DNA from: Hypanus sabinus
Lineage: Eukaryota
DNA length: 64,000 nucleotides
Assembly (NCBI RefSeq): GCF_030144855.1
Contig: NC_082712.1
Coordinates: 146,692,001-146,756,000 of the forward strand
Direction: 5' to 3'
Position 1 is the stretch's first letter, and the number at the start of each line of letters is the position of its first letter. Of this stretch, positions 37,850-49,599 are shown piece by piece. Below the pieces are notes generated by a model. It saw nothing but the letters and a program-made list of their open reading frames with translations. It did not search any database and had not been told where the DNA came from. Both the position numbers and the translations under genes were made by a program.

Positions 37850-38830
37850 TTCCTAACAACCTTATCAACTTGCGCAAGAACTTTCAGGGATCTATGGACA
37901 GGAGCCCCGAGATCCCGCTGTTCCTCCACACTGCTAAGAATCCAACCATTAACCCTGTACGCTGCCTTCAAGTTTGACCTTCTAAAGTGTATTACTTCAC
38001 AATGTTCCGGATTGAACTCCATTTGTCACCTCTCAACCCCGGTCTGCAACCTCTCTATGTCGAGTTGTAACCTGCAACAATCTTCTACACTATCCACAAC
38101 TCCACCAACCTTTGTGTCGTCTACAAACTTATTTACCCACCCTTCCACTCCCTCATCCAAGTTATTTCTAAGATTCACAAAGAGCAGGAGGTTCCAGAAT
38201 AGATCTCTGCAGCACACCATTAGACATCCAACCTCCAGGCAGAATATGTTCCATCTACCGCCATCTGTCAGTTTAGCCAATCCTGTATCCACATTGCCAT
38301 GTTTCCATCGATCCCATATCTCCTTGTTGTCATGGGGAACCTTATCATTTGCCATATACACCACATCCATTGCTCTATCTTCATCAATGTGCTTTGTCAC
38401 ATCCTGAAAGAATTCACTCAGGCTCATGAGGCTTGACCTGCCCCTCACAAAGCTATGCTGACTACCCCTAATTTGACCTCTTCTCTAAATATTTGTAAAT
38501 CCTGTCTCAAAGAATCCTCTCTGATAATTTGCCCACCCCTAAAGTAAGACTCTATAATTCCCAGGGTAATTCCTACTCCCTTTCTTAAACGAAGAAATAG
38601 CATTTTCCACTTTCCAATCATCTGGTAATACGCCTATGGCCACAAAGGTAATCACCAGGAGTGCAATCATCTCTTTCCTTGCTTCCCATAGTAACCTGGG
38701 GAATATCCGAAAATGGCCCCAGGCATTTATCTAGCCTAATGTTTTTCAAAATTTCTAGCATGCCCAGTTTCTTAGCATCAGTATGTTCAAGCACATCAGC
38801 CTGTTTTACACTGCCCTCACAAGTGAGTCC
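37850..38830 (-). mobile_element. CR1 ORF2 fragments (internally deleted)
   Basis: GRSSLMSLSEFFQDVT, NKFVDDTKVGGVVDS and MEFNPEHCEVIHF (ORFs 38026..38448, 37780..38022, 38618..38851). Confidence 0.85.
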
Positions 38831-38869
38831 CTCTCTAGACAGCACGTGCATAATTGTGGCCTTTTAATC

Positions 38870-39700
38870 ACTTAGAGTCTTAGAGTAATACAGCATGGAA
38901 GTACACTCTTCGGTTCAATTCATCCACACGAGCAAGGTGCCCATCTAAGCAAGTCCTATTGTCTGCCTTTGGCCCATTTCTTTCTGAACTGCTCCTACCA
39001 CGTACCTGTAGAAATGTCTGTCCAATGTCGTTATTTCACCTGCTTCAACCATTTCCTCTGGCTGCTCATTCTATATACACACTACCTTTTGCATGAAGAA
39101 GTTGCCTCATTAGTCCCTTTTAAACCCTTCCCCTTTCATGTCAAAGCTATTCCCTCTCCTTTCTCTGGAGAAGAGGCTCTGTAGGTTCCCCCTACCCTTT
39201 ATGATTTTATCCACCTCTATCAGGTCACACCTCATTTTCCTATGTTGTAAGAATTAAAGTCCTAGATTAAATAAATGTTGTAAAGAATAAAGTCTTAACC
39301 TCTCCTTGTAACTCAGGCCCTTGAGTTGCGGCAACATCCTCACAAACTTTGTCTGCACTCTTTCCATCGGAGTGATAACTCTCCTGTAACAGGGTGACTA
39401 AAACTGTAAGCAGTGCTATGTACAGTCTCATAGAGACCCTGTACATCCTGACTCCACTAGTTAGAGCCCTGACTGATGAAAGCCAGGGTACTAAATGGCC
39501 TTTTTCATCACTCTTGTCTACCTGTGATGCCACTTTCAGGGAATTATTTAGTTGAATTCTTAGGCCCTTCTGAACCACAACACTCCTCAGGGCTCTCCCA
39601 TTCACTATACAAGTCCTACTCTAGTCATCCCAAAATGCAAATCTTGCACCTACAGACTTATTAACCACGCCTTGTACGCTCTCACCCAAATCATTTAAAT
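38870..39700 (-). mobile_element. CR1 3' fragment
   Basis: MNGRALRSVVVQKGLRIQLNNSLKVASQVD (ORF 39267..39605) plus a CR1-type 3' UTR and tail near 38875. Confidence 0.8.
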
Positions 39701-40429
39701 TGATAAATTGATTTATTATTGTCACATGCACAGTGAAAAACTTGCCTTGTGTACCATTCTTTCAGATCAATTCATGACAGTGGTGCATTGAAGTAGAACA
39801 ATGAAAAAATTAAAAATGCGGAATAAAGTGTTTTTCAGTGCAGGTAATTAGTAAAGTGCAGGATTGCCACAAGGTAAATTGAGGTCTTTTATTTAGCATA
39901 CTAAGGAAATATTAAGCAGTCCATATAGAGAACGTCCTCTGCCCAGCCCTTATCTGTCCCTTTGGTCTAGAGAGATTGCTCAGACATGCTGGAGATGTTC
40001 ACAGTTGTGTAAATTCCTCTTTAATGCTGAACTCCCTTTAACGGTTTAGATTATCCATCTCAGTGGACAAACCGATCAGCTTTGAGTACAAGGTGAGATT
40101 GAGAGAAAAGTGTTCCAGGGCTGTTTCATGTGAAACTCAGTCTCCTGAGAAATAACAAACCCTACTTTTTGGCTTCTTAATGTAGGAAAACCAGCAAATT
40201 AATAAGGGGCCACTGGGCAATTTTCAAGGTACCTTAGCACATGGAAGAAAGTAGGGTGAATCACCATATTTTGAACTAAAGCAAGTCATTGCACCATCTC
40301 TCAAGTTCAAGTTCAAGCACTGAATGTTACAAAACCTGGCTATCTTTTTGCATCTCTTTGTAGTGCTTGCAGATTATGCATGCAGCTTTAGTCTGAAAAT
40401 TGTAATGAATTCATGATGTATTTTCAGTA

Positions 40430-40464
40430 CAGTACTATATAAGAGTCTTAGGTGCCATAACTAG

Positions 40465-40505
<41 letters not shown>

Positions 40506-40529
40506 GTGCTTAACTTTTATACAGTACTG
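40430..40529. mobile_element. 100-bp Tc1/mariner MITE with (TA)n core
   Basis: TA|cagtactatataagagtcttag...taacttttatacagtactg|TA with an internal (TA)n run at ~40466-40499. Confidence 0.75.
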
Positions 40530-41869
40530 TATATTGGTTAAAACAGGAAGGTGGTTGGGAAACAGAAATAAGAGTCCTTAGCTTTGTATTAGTAATATTA
40601 ATATGTTTTTTATGTAAAGGTATTTCAACTATCAGTTGTTTTCTGAAAAGAGAGAGCCATCAAGCTGAACTGTGTGTCCACTCAGAAATATGTGTAGTCT
40701 CAACATCGCTAATTCTCGAATGCTGTATCTCTGTTGCAAATTTGCTCCTTAGTCATTTGTTTTGCAATGGTGATGGTTACTTAACAGCTTTATTCACACC
40801 ATTGCACCATTGATGGTGTAATTTAGGAAAGTTATATTTTAAGAATGGTAACGTTTCACGCTGACACAAAATGGGTGATGCTTGGTGTCCTTTCTCAACA
40901 GAAAAAGCAGTGATAAAGATCTCCTGATATTGTGCTTGCTGTGACGCAGAATGGAAATATGATACATTTTTATTAAATTCCATGACTAAAAATAGAAGAC
41001 ACATTAGTCCTAATAATTGCATCTGCAAAATAAAGAAATACGATTTGGATTCATATGTTCACATTTTTAAGGAATATTTTGTGAAATGTTGTAAAAGCTA
41101 AATGCAGATAGTGCATTGTCTACAAACAGAGTAGAAATGAAGTCCTTTGGAAGAAGTAACTTTGCATCCAACTTAAATTACATTTTAATACTGAAGTCTA
41201 GATTAGTAAATGTAAATATAGGGGTCTTACCAAGTTACTTAGTAAGAGAGGGTAGCAGGTGAATAGACTAGCACACAAGTTAGCAAAACTTACTTGGTAA
41301 GAAAGTCATCTTTACTGTGAAGCGGTGCATTGTGTGCTGGCAGAATTAGATGTGGTGGGTGGTATCTGGTTTAAACCTCTGTTTTGCGTACAGTCTCATT
41401 AAAAATAAATAAATAAGTTTCACACCTTATCAACGATCTAGAGTGGAATCGGTAACCGTGAAACTAGACACCTCAGTCCTCAAAAACAATTCTGAACAAA
41501 TATTTTGGGGTATGGAAATGGAGTGGGAGGAGTGAGTTGAGAGTGGAGATTAAAAATGAGATCTCTATCATATTTTAAGTTATTAAAATGAAGGATTTCC
41601 AGGCATTCCACTGCCCTTGCAGGGTGGGTGTGGTACTGAAAGTCTCTAAATTATTTAGAAGTTGAAATTGAGTTTTGACTTAACATGCATGGGTCCCTAG
41701 TAACATTTTAGATGCCCTAGGCACAGTCTTATTAAAATTCAAAAAGTTCTTTATTTCTGTTCAGCATCACAGTTTCTCAAATTTGCCATGAGTGAGTATT
41801 TGGCATTGCGAAACAAATATTAATAAAATGTTAGCTGTTCACCGCCCCCCCCCCCCCCCCCGCCTTCTC

Positions 41870-42087
41870 ATTGTTACCTTGAGGTAGGATGTACAGAAGT
41901 CCGGAGACGCACACTCAGTGATTCAGGAACAGCTTCTTCCCCTCTATCATCCGATTCCTAATTCAATATTGAACCCATAATTTACTTTTTTCTATATTTA
42001 TCATCTATTGCATTGTACTGCTGCCACAAAGTTAACAAATTTCACGACGTAGGCCGTGATATTAAACTTGATTCTAATTCTGATTCT
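41870..42087 (+). mobile_element. Rex1/Babar 3' tail
   Basis: aacagcttcttcccctc...gcattgtactgctgccacaaag...attctaattctgattct. Confidence 0.75.
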
Positions 42088-42139
42088 GTTATCCTGACTT
42101 TATGAAAAACAGTGTAATATACTTGGATTAAAATGACTC

Positions 42140-43060
42140 CAGATACATTATTGATCCTGAAGAAAATTACAGTGTCACTGTAGCATTACAATATACAAAT
42201 TAGAAGAGATGTAAGGAAAAATTAAAAATACGTTACCTCAAACAGTCTAACGGGGGGGGGGGGGGGGCAGCGTTCATCACTTCTTCCAGCTATAAGTTGA
42301 CTCATTATAGAGCCTAATGGCGGCATTTAATAAGAATGACCTCATTAGTGCTCTGCAGTGCAGTTGTCTTAGTCTGTTACTAAAAGTGTTCATCCAAGGT
42401 GTACGCAGAGGGTGAGAAATATCGTCCAAAATTGCCTGGATTTTCCATAGGGTCTATTGTTCTACCACAGCCTCCAGTGTGTCCAGTTTGACTTCTATAA
42501 CAGAGCCAACATCTCTGTTCAGTTTATTGAGCCTGTTGGCATCACCCATGCTGATGTCATTGTCCCAGCGCACCACCACATAGGAGATTGTACTGCCAAC
42601 AACAGACTGGTAGAACATGTGAAGGAGAGGCCTGCATACACCAAAGGACCTCAGTCTCTGGAAGTAGAGACGACTCTGGCCCTTTTGTGCACATCCCGTG
42701 CGTTGGTGCTCCACTCAAGTCTGTCATCCAGATGCACCCTTGGGCACTTGTAGATCCTCGCCACATCCACATCCTTACCATCAGTAGTAACAGGGAGTAG
42801 TGCAGGCTTGGTCTTCCTAAAGGTCCATTACCATTTCCTTTGTTTTACTGATGCTGAGCTGCAGATGATTCAGCTTACACCATTTGACAAAGTCCTCCAC
42901 CAGAACCTGTATTCATCCTCCCATCCTCCCTTTACACACCCAACTACTGCTGAGTCATCAGAATATTTCTGCAGATGACATGACTCAGTGTTGTATCTAA
43001 AGTCTGAGGTATACAGGGTAAACATGAAGGAAGCCAATACGGTCCCATTATTGAACCAGT
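42140..43060 (-). mobile_element. Rex1/Babar LINE RT and 3' fragment
   Basis: KGQSRLYFQRLRSFGVCRPLLHMFYQSVVGSTISY (ORF 42454..42714) and an HLQKYSDDSAVVG-like RT motif at ~42945-42985. Confidence 0.85.
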
Positions 43061-43164
43061 ATAACTAACACACTGAGGAATTGTTAAGGAGTGGATTTTG
43101 TAATGGGATGAATAAAATCTTCTTGGGCTTTCAGCAGGGTACAAACATCAATTTAAACCTTAAG

Positions 43165-44099
43165 GCAACACGAGTGAATCTGCAGATGCTGGAAATTAAT
43201 AAAAAACACAAAATGCTGGCAGAACTCAGCAGGCCAGACATCATCTATGGGAGGAGATAGTGACGACATTTTGGGCCGAAACCCTTCATCAGGAGTGAAG
43301 TAACATGGGATGGTTGAGGGGTGATAAGAAGTGGGGGTAGGGATGAAGTAGAGAGCTGGGAAGTGATGAGCTGGGAAGTGATAGGCTGGAGGGAAATGGG
43401 CTGGGGGGGTGAAGAATTATGGGAATTAAAAGAGAAAGGAAGGTAGGGCTGGGGGGAGAGATTATAATGAGGGGGGAAAAGAGAGAGAGAAAGAGAATCA
43501 GACTAAAATAATAGATAGGTATGGGGGTTAAGGGTGGGGGGGCAGGGGTATCAACGGAGGTCTGTGAGTTGAATGTTCATGCTGGCAGGTAGGAGGCTAC
43601 CTAGGCAGGAGATAAGGTATTACTCCATCGACCTGTGTGTGTCCTCATCTTGACGGTAGAGGAGGCCATGGACAGACATATCAGAGTGGGAGTGGTTTGT
43701 GGTCCATCGACCTGCGTGTGGCCTCATCTTGATGGTAGAGGAGGCTCCATCGACCTGCGTGTGGCCTCATTGACCGGCGCTCGGTCCTCCAGCAGTGGCG
43801 GGATCTCCCTGTGGCCACACACTTCAATTCCACAGACCACTCCCACTTTCTCTCTCTTTTTCCCCCCTCATTATAATCTCTCCCCCAGCCCTACCTTTCT
43901 TTCTCTTTTATTTCCCATAATTCTTTACCTTCCCCCTAGCCCATTTCCCACCAGCCTATCACTTCCCAGCTCTCTACTTTATCCCTCCCCTCACTTCTTA
44001 TCCCCCCCTCAACCATCCCGTGTTACTTCACTCCTGATGAAGGGTTTCGGCCCGAAATGTCATGCTGTCTGGTCTGCTGAGTTCTGCCAGCATTTTGTG
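43165..44099. mobile_element. Young Penelope insertion with inverted 3' ends and 14-bp TSD
   Basis: TSD atttaaaccttaag at 43151-43164 and 44100-44113. Arms ~43207-43495 and ~43848-44099 are reverse complements. GIY-YIG C-terminal remnant RDLPVATHFNSTDHSH at ~43799-43846. Confidence 0.9.
44030..44062 (+). ncRNA. Minimal hammerhead ribozyme core in Penelope pLTR
   Basis: c-CTGATGA-agggtttcggccc-GAAAT-GTC. The inverted twin at ~43263-43296 has GAAA mutated to AAAA. Confidence 0.6.
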
Positions 44100-46269
44100 A
44101 TTTAAACCTTAAGATCGTTAAAGTTGATGTCTGTACTCAGCTGGAAGCCCAAGAAGATTTTATTCGTCATATATACCGGGAAAGCACCAGATCCTTTGTA
44201 ATGAGGTAATTGCGACAGCATTCAGTGATCCATCCTACTGGATGTAAACTATGTTGTTGAAACAGAGCGTCATGGGAAGGTGTAGAAAGGAAGATGTACG
44301 TTAGTGAAAGATAAAGAGTGATCACAGGGGAGATGCACTAAACAGTAGAACAGACTATGCCAGACCATTTCAATCATGCTTGTGGCTTTTATAATTTGAT
44401 AACTAACTTGAAGCACTATAGATTTCAGCGTATGTTTTGTGTCTGGGAGGTAGTTGCATATTCTCTTTGCACGTGTCAGTTGCAATTGAGTGCATTTCAT
44501 GAAACTAGCTTGTTAAAGATGGGGTTGGTTACGGTTTGAGTGTCTTACAACGCCGGTGCTCTGAATGGGAGGCTGCCTTCCTCCCTGTTCAGTATTGTGT
44601 TGATCTTCTCAAGGGTGAATAATGAGAGCAGGGTTGGACCTGCAGCCTGCTTTAGAGTCTGGCCTTTGGTTTGGAAACCTCTGAAGTAGAAGTGAAATTA
44701 GATTTTGCAGAGGCCTCAGTTGGGGGAAATGTGGGGCTGCAGGAGCAGCTGCTGAGAGAAAGATCACATGCTGTCACCAATTACTTATGAATGAATAAAA
44801 GTACAAATTGTTCATCTTGAAGCATGATATCATCAGCTGCCTGAAATACCTTGTGTTCCTTCCTTGATCCTTTTACAAGTGTTGAGCCTCCCAGCTGCCA
44901 GAATGAATGATATTGTCGTGTCGGGTTTGATGGAGGGACACAGTTAACCACCCTGATGCTGCTGAAAGTGAAAATGAATTATGGGGTGAGTCACCTTTAT
45001 CAGGGAAGCCCAGAGATCACTGCAGCTGCAAGCCCTTTTTCACACCTTCTGCTGTGAACTCATAATGTGCATATTTCTGCCTTGGGGCTTAAGGCTGCTT
45101 TGAACAAAGAATGAAAATTCCCTGGGGGGAGGTATATGGGTTGAATTATAAATGCAATCATCATGAGGTCATTATCATACTGAATTCAAGGCGCACATAT
45201 TGACTTGTTCTTTGATAGTGGGAGTTGGGTGGGGGTGAAGGTGAGGAGGAATAGATAGAGTAGCTTGCAGGTGGCAAGTACTACTTGGTTATGAAATGTA
45301 CAGTATATTTATAACTTCTGAATGGTCCCGTGCCAAATAATATCCAGAACCTGATTATTTTTGTGATTCTACATGTATTTCTTGCCTCTCTTTGTTTTTT
45401 TTTAACTTGTTGAATAATAATTATTGTTTGTGGCGATGATAAGTGAAACCATCAGCACTCGTTCATAACAAGATAAATTGGACAGGATCTTCTAACATAT
45501 GCACATTTGAGTTAAACATAGAAATCCATATGCTGCTATCAGGAGAGAATCTGCTCTTGCACAGAGCTGCTGATAATGTTGCTCATCGTCTCTGAATACA
45601 ATGGCTGGAGCTTTAGGTATTATTAGTTTTGCATTAATAAAGGCTGATGTGGTTCAAGCAAGTTTTTCGGAACATATTACAAGTACTGCTAATCAATTGT
45701 TTTAGCTCAAAAAAGGTAATTTTAAAAATGTAAGGAAAGTGAATGTTGCAAGTTTAAATCAACTGTGTTTTTGAAAACTTAAAAAAAATCTTCCTTTTAC
45801 CTTTCACCCCTTTATATTTCTCTCTTAAAATTAATTTTATTATTTAAGCCTCATCCATGTTTCCTTCTTTGTACCACCTGGTTTGTATTTTGTGTTTCAG
45901 GATTTGTCTATTGACTGAAGAGCTTGCTTTTCCTTGATCTGTTCAGAGTTGTCACAACTGACCTGAAGAGGGCACTGTGTGGCAAATGTGCCACAGGAGT
46001 TAGATGCTCTGTGTGAGGGGAGTGAGGGCCATTCTTTCACCAGTAAAGTCTGCGCAAATGTATCACCTATTGGCCCAAAGTTGCTGATTGCCTGCATCCC
46101 TTCCAGTTTGTTTCCTCCAAGCTTGCTCCCAGTTCTGTTTTCTGCTGGGAACATGGTTCTCAGTACTTTGGTAAGGCAGAGTCCAGCATGGGAGCTAATC
46201 TCAACAGAGGGACTGAGCTGCTTTGACAACTGGTGAGGGCTGCTAAAGTTGCCTTTGGCATCACACTGA

Positions 46270-47050
46270 ATTGGCATGTTTATGAAAATATAAATTAGGA
46301 GTGGCTGCAGACCACCAAGCTCCTCAAGCCTGTACTGATTGTAGCCTCAACTCCTTAGTCCCGACTGTTTCCAATGCTTTAACACCCTTCCAGAACTGAA
46401 CAGAGTACCCCAATGTGGTCTCAACAGTGCTCTATATAACTAGAACATAATATCCTTACTCCTGCATTCATTTCCTTAAGCAAGAAATGGCGACATTCTT
46501 TTATCTTTCTAAATTACTAATCTATTGCACTTCATGCCCTAGATCCCTCTGCGTCTCAGCATTCCACAGTCTCTAATCATTTCATTTTCCCGACCAAAAG
46601 GACAATTTCAAATTTTTGTACTTTATAATCAGTCGCTACATCTTTGCTCTCAGAGTTCAACCATACCCCTCTCTAGTCACGTGATGCCTCTTCACAACGT
46701 GCTTTCCAAACGGTTTTTGTCTTCAGGAACTCAGCCAACTAAACCTTCAGTGACTTCATCCAGGTAATTTATATAGATTGTAACAAAACTGGGGCTCCTG
46801 CACTGATCCCTGCGGCACACCACTTGTTATATCTTGCCAACCAGAAAGAGACCATGTTCTTTACTATTAACCATCCAATCTCTTATCCACGCTGGTGTGT
46901 TATCTCTTATGCTATGAGCTTTCACTTTCTCACTTGATATAGTACCTCATCAAATGTATTCTGGATTACTAAATATGGCATATTCACCTGTTCCGTTCAT
47001 CCCTAGTATTGTTACTTTTTCAAAGAACTTAAACTTTTTAACAGGAACTT
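46270..47050 (-). mobile_element. Old CR1 fragments
   Basis: CR1-like reverse-strand segments such as 'ggctcctgcactgatccctgcggcacaccacttgt' (SGVPQGSV on the minus strand) and a 3' UTR remnant at ~46290. Confidence 0.65.
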
Positions 47051-47755
47051 CTTCAAAGACTTTCCTTGATGTTGAATTAACTTCAGAGATCTGTTTTCAA
47101 AATAATATTACAAGTTTCTTAATAAAAATATTAAAAATCATGCAACACCCCCTACATAAAAAACATTAAGAAACTGTCTGGAATGATAAACTAAGCTCCT
47201 GGCAACTAAAGTCTGCCTTTCATTTTAATGATGCACCTGTACCTTAAGCCATATTTAACCTGACGGGGTTTTAGCAAGCAGGCTCCCTGCTGTGAAAGCT
47301 GGAAAGTCTGCAGATATTTGCAATGCACTAGGGGCTGGGTGTTGAATGTCTCCTCTGACTCTCATCTCTACCGGCACTGGAAACCACAGGCTAACCATGA
47401 GCCTTGCTACCAATGCTTGCATGGGAATGGAAGATCTGGGGCAGCGTATGAACTAATTGGATCAGTTGTGGGGGTGAAGATGGGGATGTGGATGTAAATG
47501 TAATTATTAAGTTATCTTGGTGGTCTTTAATAGTCCTTTCATTCCATTTTGATTATGTTTCTATCCTAATGAAATCAGATGCTAATTGGAAATCCTGGTA
47601 AATTAAGCTCTACAAACACTTTTGGATGATTGCAGCATTAATACTTTAGTGTCAGTTGTACTAAATACAATCAAAAATAAAGAATCAAGAGCCAATAATT
47701 TTCAGGGTTCTTTATACTTAGACTATTAGTGAAATATATGGATTTCCTGCTCAAA

Positions 47756-48071
47756 TATATGGATTTCACAAGCTCTAACTGATGGAGTTACAACTTTTAA
47801 GTTTTAGGCAAATCTTGTAGCTATTTTCTAACATTAAATTTTTATTTTTCTTTAAAATTATTTCCTACGTTAAATGTTATACTCCATTTTCTACAATTAG
47901 ATGACTTCTTTGATTTCTATTATAGTGCTTTGCTTATTAATCCCATGATCAGTGTGTCTAACTTTGCATTTGATATCTACTGTCATTAAGTTCATTAAAT
48001 TCTGATTTTTTAAAAAAAATGACAACTTAAAAGTTGTAACTCCATCAGTTAGATCCTGGGAAATCCATATA
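47756..48071. repeat. 48-bp inverted repeat with 220-bp spacer
   Basis: 47756-47803 versus the reverse complement of 48024-48071: 45 of 48 identical. Confidence 0.9.
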
Positions 48072-48339
48072 AGTTGTATGAGGAAGCATTGAGTTGGTGT
48101 AATGGTAGACTTGACCTGAATGACCAGTTTTCTTTTAAGAGTTGTATTTCTGGTGTCCACTGTCTCAGTCAGGCTATAGAGCAGTTTTTAGTTTAAACAC
48201 TGTGGCTACTAATTGATAGAGTCAATTAGCCTGAATCTTTGTTGGTGATCATTAAGATCCTCTTTATATTTGTCATTGTGACTAATATTCACCTCTTCAG
48301 TGGGCGAGCTTTGGTAGTCATTCTGATGAAAATAAATGC

Positions 48340-48800
48340 ATGCATTTATAGCATATTTATGGTAACTTCAGCACACCCCAAGGAGCATTACATCCAAAAT
48401 AAACTTTTAAAATTTAGTCACTACGGGGAAGAGCCAATCTTCTCGGCTGATATGAGCACATTAAGTTCCCATAAAGAGCTGCAGTGCTAATGACAATGTT
48501 TTGATTTAGTCATGTTGGTTCCAAGATAAATATTGCCCAGGCCACTCAAATAATGTCAAAAGTACTCCTCAGATTTGTACACCTCTATATTTTATAAATT
48601 CCTTAGAGGGGAATCCAAGATTAGCAGTTTATTTGGAAAAAAGCACCATTGATAAAGTCTTCCCTCATTAAACTGGGACCTTTTGTGGCAGCTGACATTG
48701 AGAATCATGCTGACTCTGAAGACAAGCACTGTACTGACTGGGGGCAAGAAGACAGAACTGCAACTGGGAACTCATGTTGGACAGTCCTCAGAATATGTGA
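48340..48800 (-). mobile_element. Ancient DeuSINE-like (SacSINE/AmnSINE-related) remnant
   Basis: Deu-domain-like 'atgttggttccaagataaatattgcccaggccac' with an upstream 'agttcccataaa...taatgac'. Confidence 0.5.
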
Positions 48801-48937
48801 AAGTATAAAGCTGGAAACTTATCAGGCTTGAATATTAATTCTGACATTTGCATGTGTAAAAATGGACAAATTTCAATTAACCACTTATTTCAAACTGAAT
48901 ATTCTAGCTTACTTTTCAGATAAAACAATATATTTTC

Positions 48938-49590
48938 CATAAACACAAGTAATTTGGCAGATGCTGCAAATCCAGAGCAACACACGCACACAGTGCTGGA
49001 GGATCTCAGCATGCGTGGAAATAAACTAGCAGTCAACGTTTCAGGCTGAGACCCTTCATCGGGACTGGGAAGGAAGGAGTAAGAAGCCAAAATAAGAAGG
49101 TGGTAAGAGGGAAGGTGTGTAGCTGAACGGTGATAGGTGAAGTCGGGTGAGGGGGAAGGTGGGTGGGTGGGGGGAAAAGAGGTTTGATGTGAGAAGCCGT
49201 GAGGTTGAAGGTAAAGGGTTGAGCAAGAAGGAATCAGATTGGAGAAGAGAGTGGACCATGGGAGAAGGGGAAGGAGGCGTGACACCGGAGGGAGGTGATA
49301 GGCAGGTAAGGAGAAGAGAAGGGGTAAGAAGGGAGCCAAAATGGTGAATGGAAAAGGAAGGAGGAAGAAATAATCAGTAGTTAGAGAAATTGATGTCCAT
49401 GCCATCAGATTGGAGGCTACTCGGATGGAATATGAGATGTTGCTGCTCCAACCCGAGTGTGGTCTCATTGTGGCAGTAGAGGAGGCCATGGATAGTCATG
49501 TTAGAATGGGAATAGGGAGTGAATTTAAAGTGGTTGGCCACTAGGAAATCCTCCGTGTTGTGGATGGAATGAAGGTGCTCGACAAAAGGG
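48938..49590 (-). mobile_element. Penelope 3' fragment (GIY-YIG C-terminus + pLTR)
   Basis: FVEHLHS...VANHFK...HGLLYCHNETTLGLEQQHLIF...LQSDGMDINFSN (ORF 49374..49598). Confidence 0.9.
49030..49067 (-). ncRNA. Minimal type I hammerhead (core U4-to-C variant)
   Basis: cagtc-CCGATGA-agggtctcagcct-GAAAC-GTT-gactg, with a perfect 5-bp helix I (cagtc/gactg). Confidence 0.6.
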
Positions 49591-49599
49591 GAACACAAA

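Larger units (their letters stand above)
43108..44167. repeat. ~50-bp-arm palindromic element split by the Penelope insertion
   Basis: gaataaaatcttcttgggctttcagcagggtacaaacatcaatttaaac (43110-43158) is the approximate reverse complement of gttaaagttgatgtctgtactcagctggaagcccaagaagattttattc (44117-44165). Confidence 0.8.

Noticed and set aside
43624-43770. Three direct repeats resembling a CRISPR-like array
   Set aside because: The repeats are Penelope coding sequence with irregular spacing in vertebrate DNA, with no cas genes.
48890-49489. 199-aa Pro/Ser/Leu-rich ORF (also 43635..44105 and 2645..2920)
   Set aside because: These are read-throughs of stop-poor pyrimidine-rich Penelope 3' regions.
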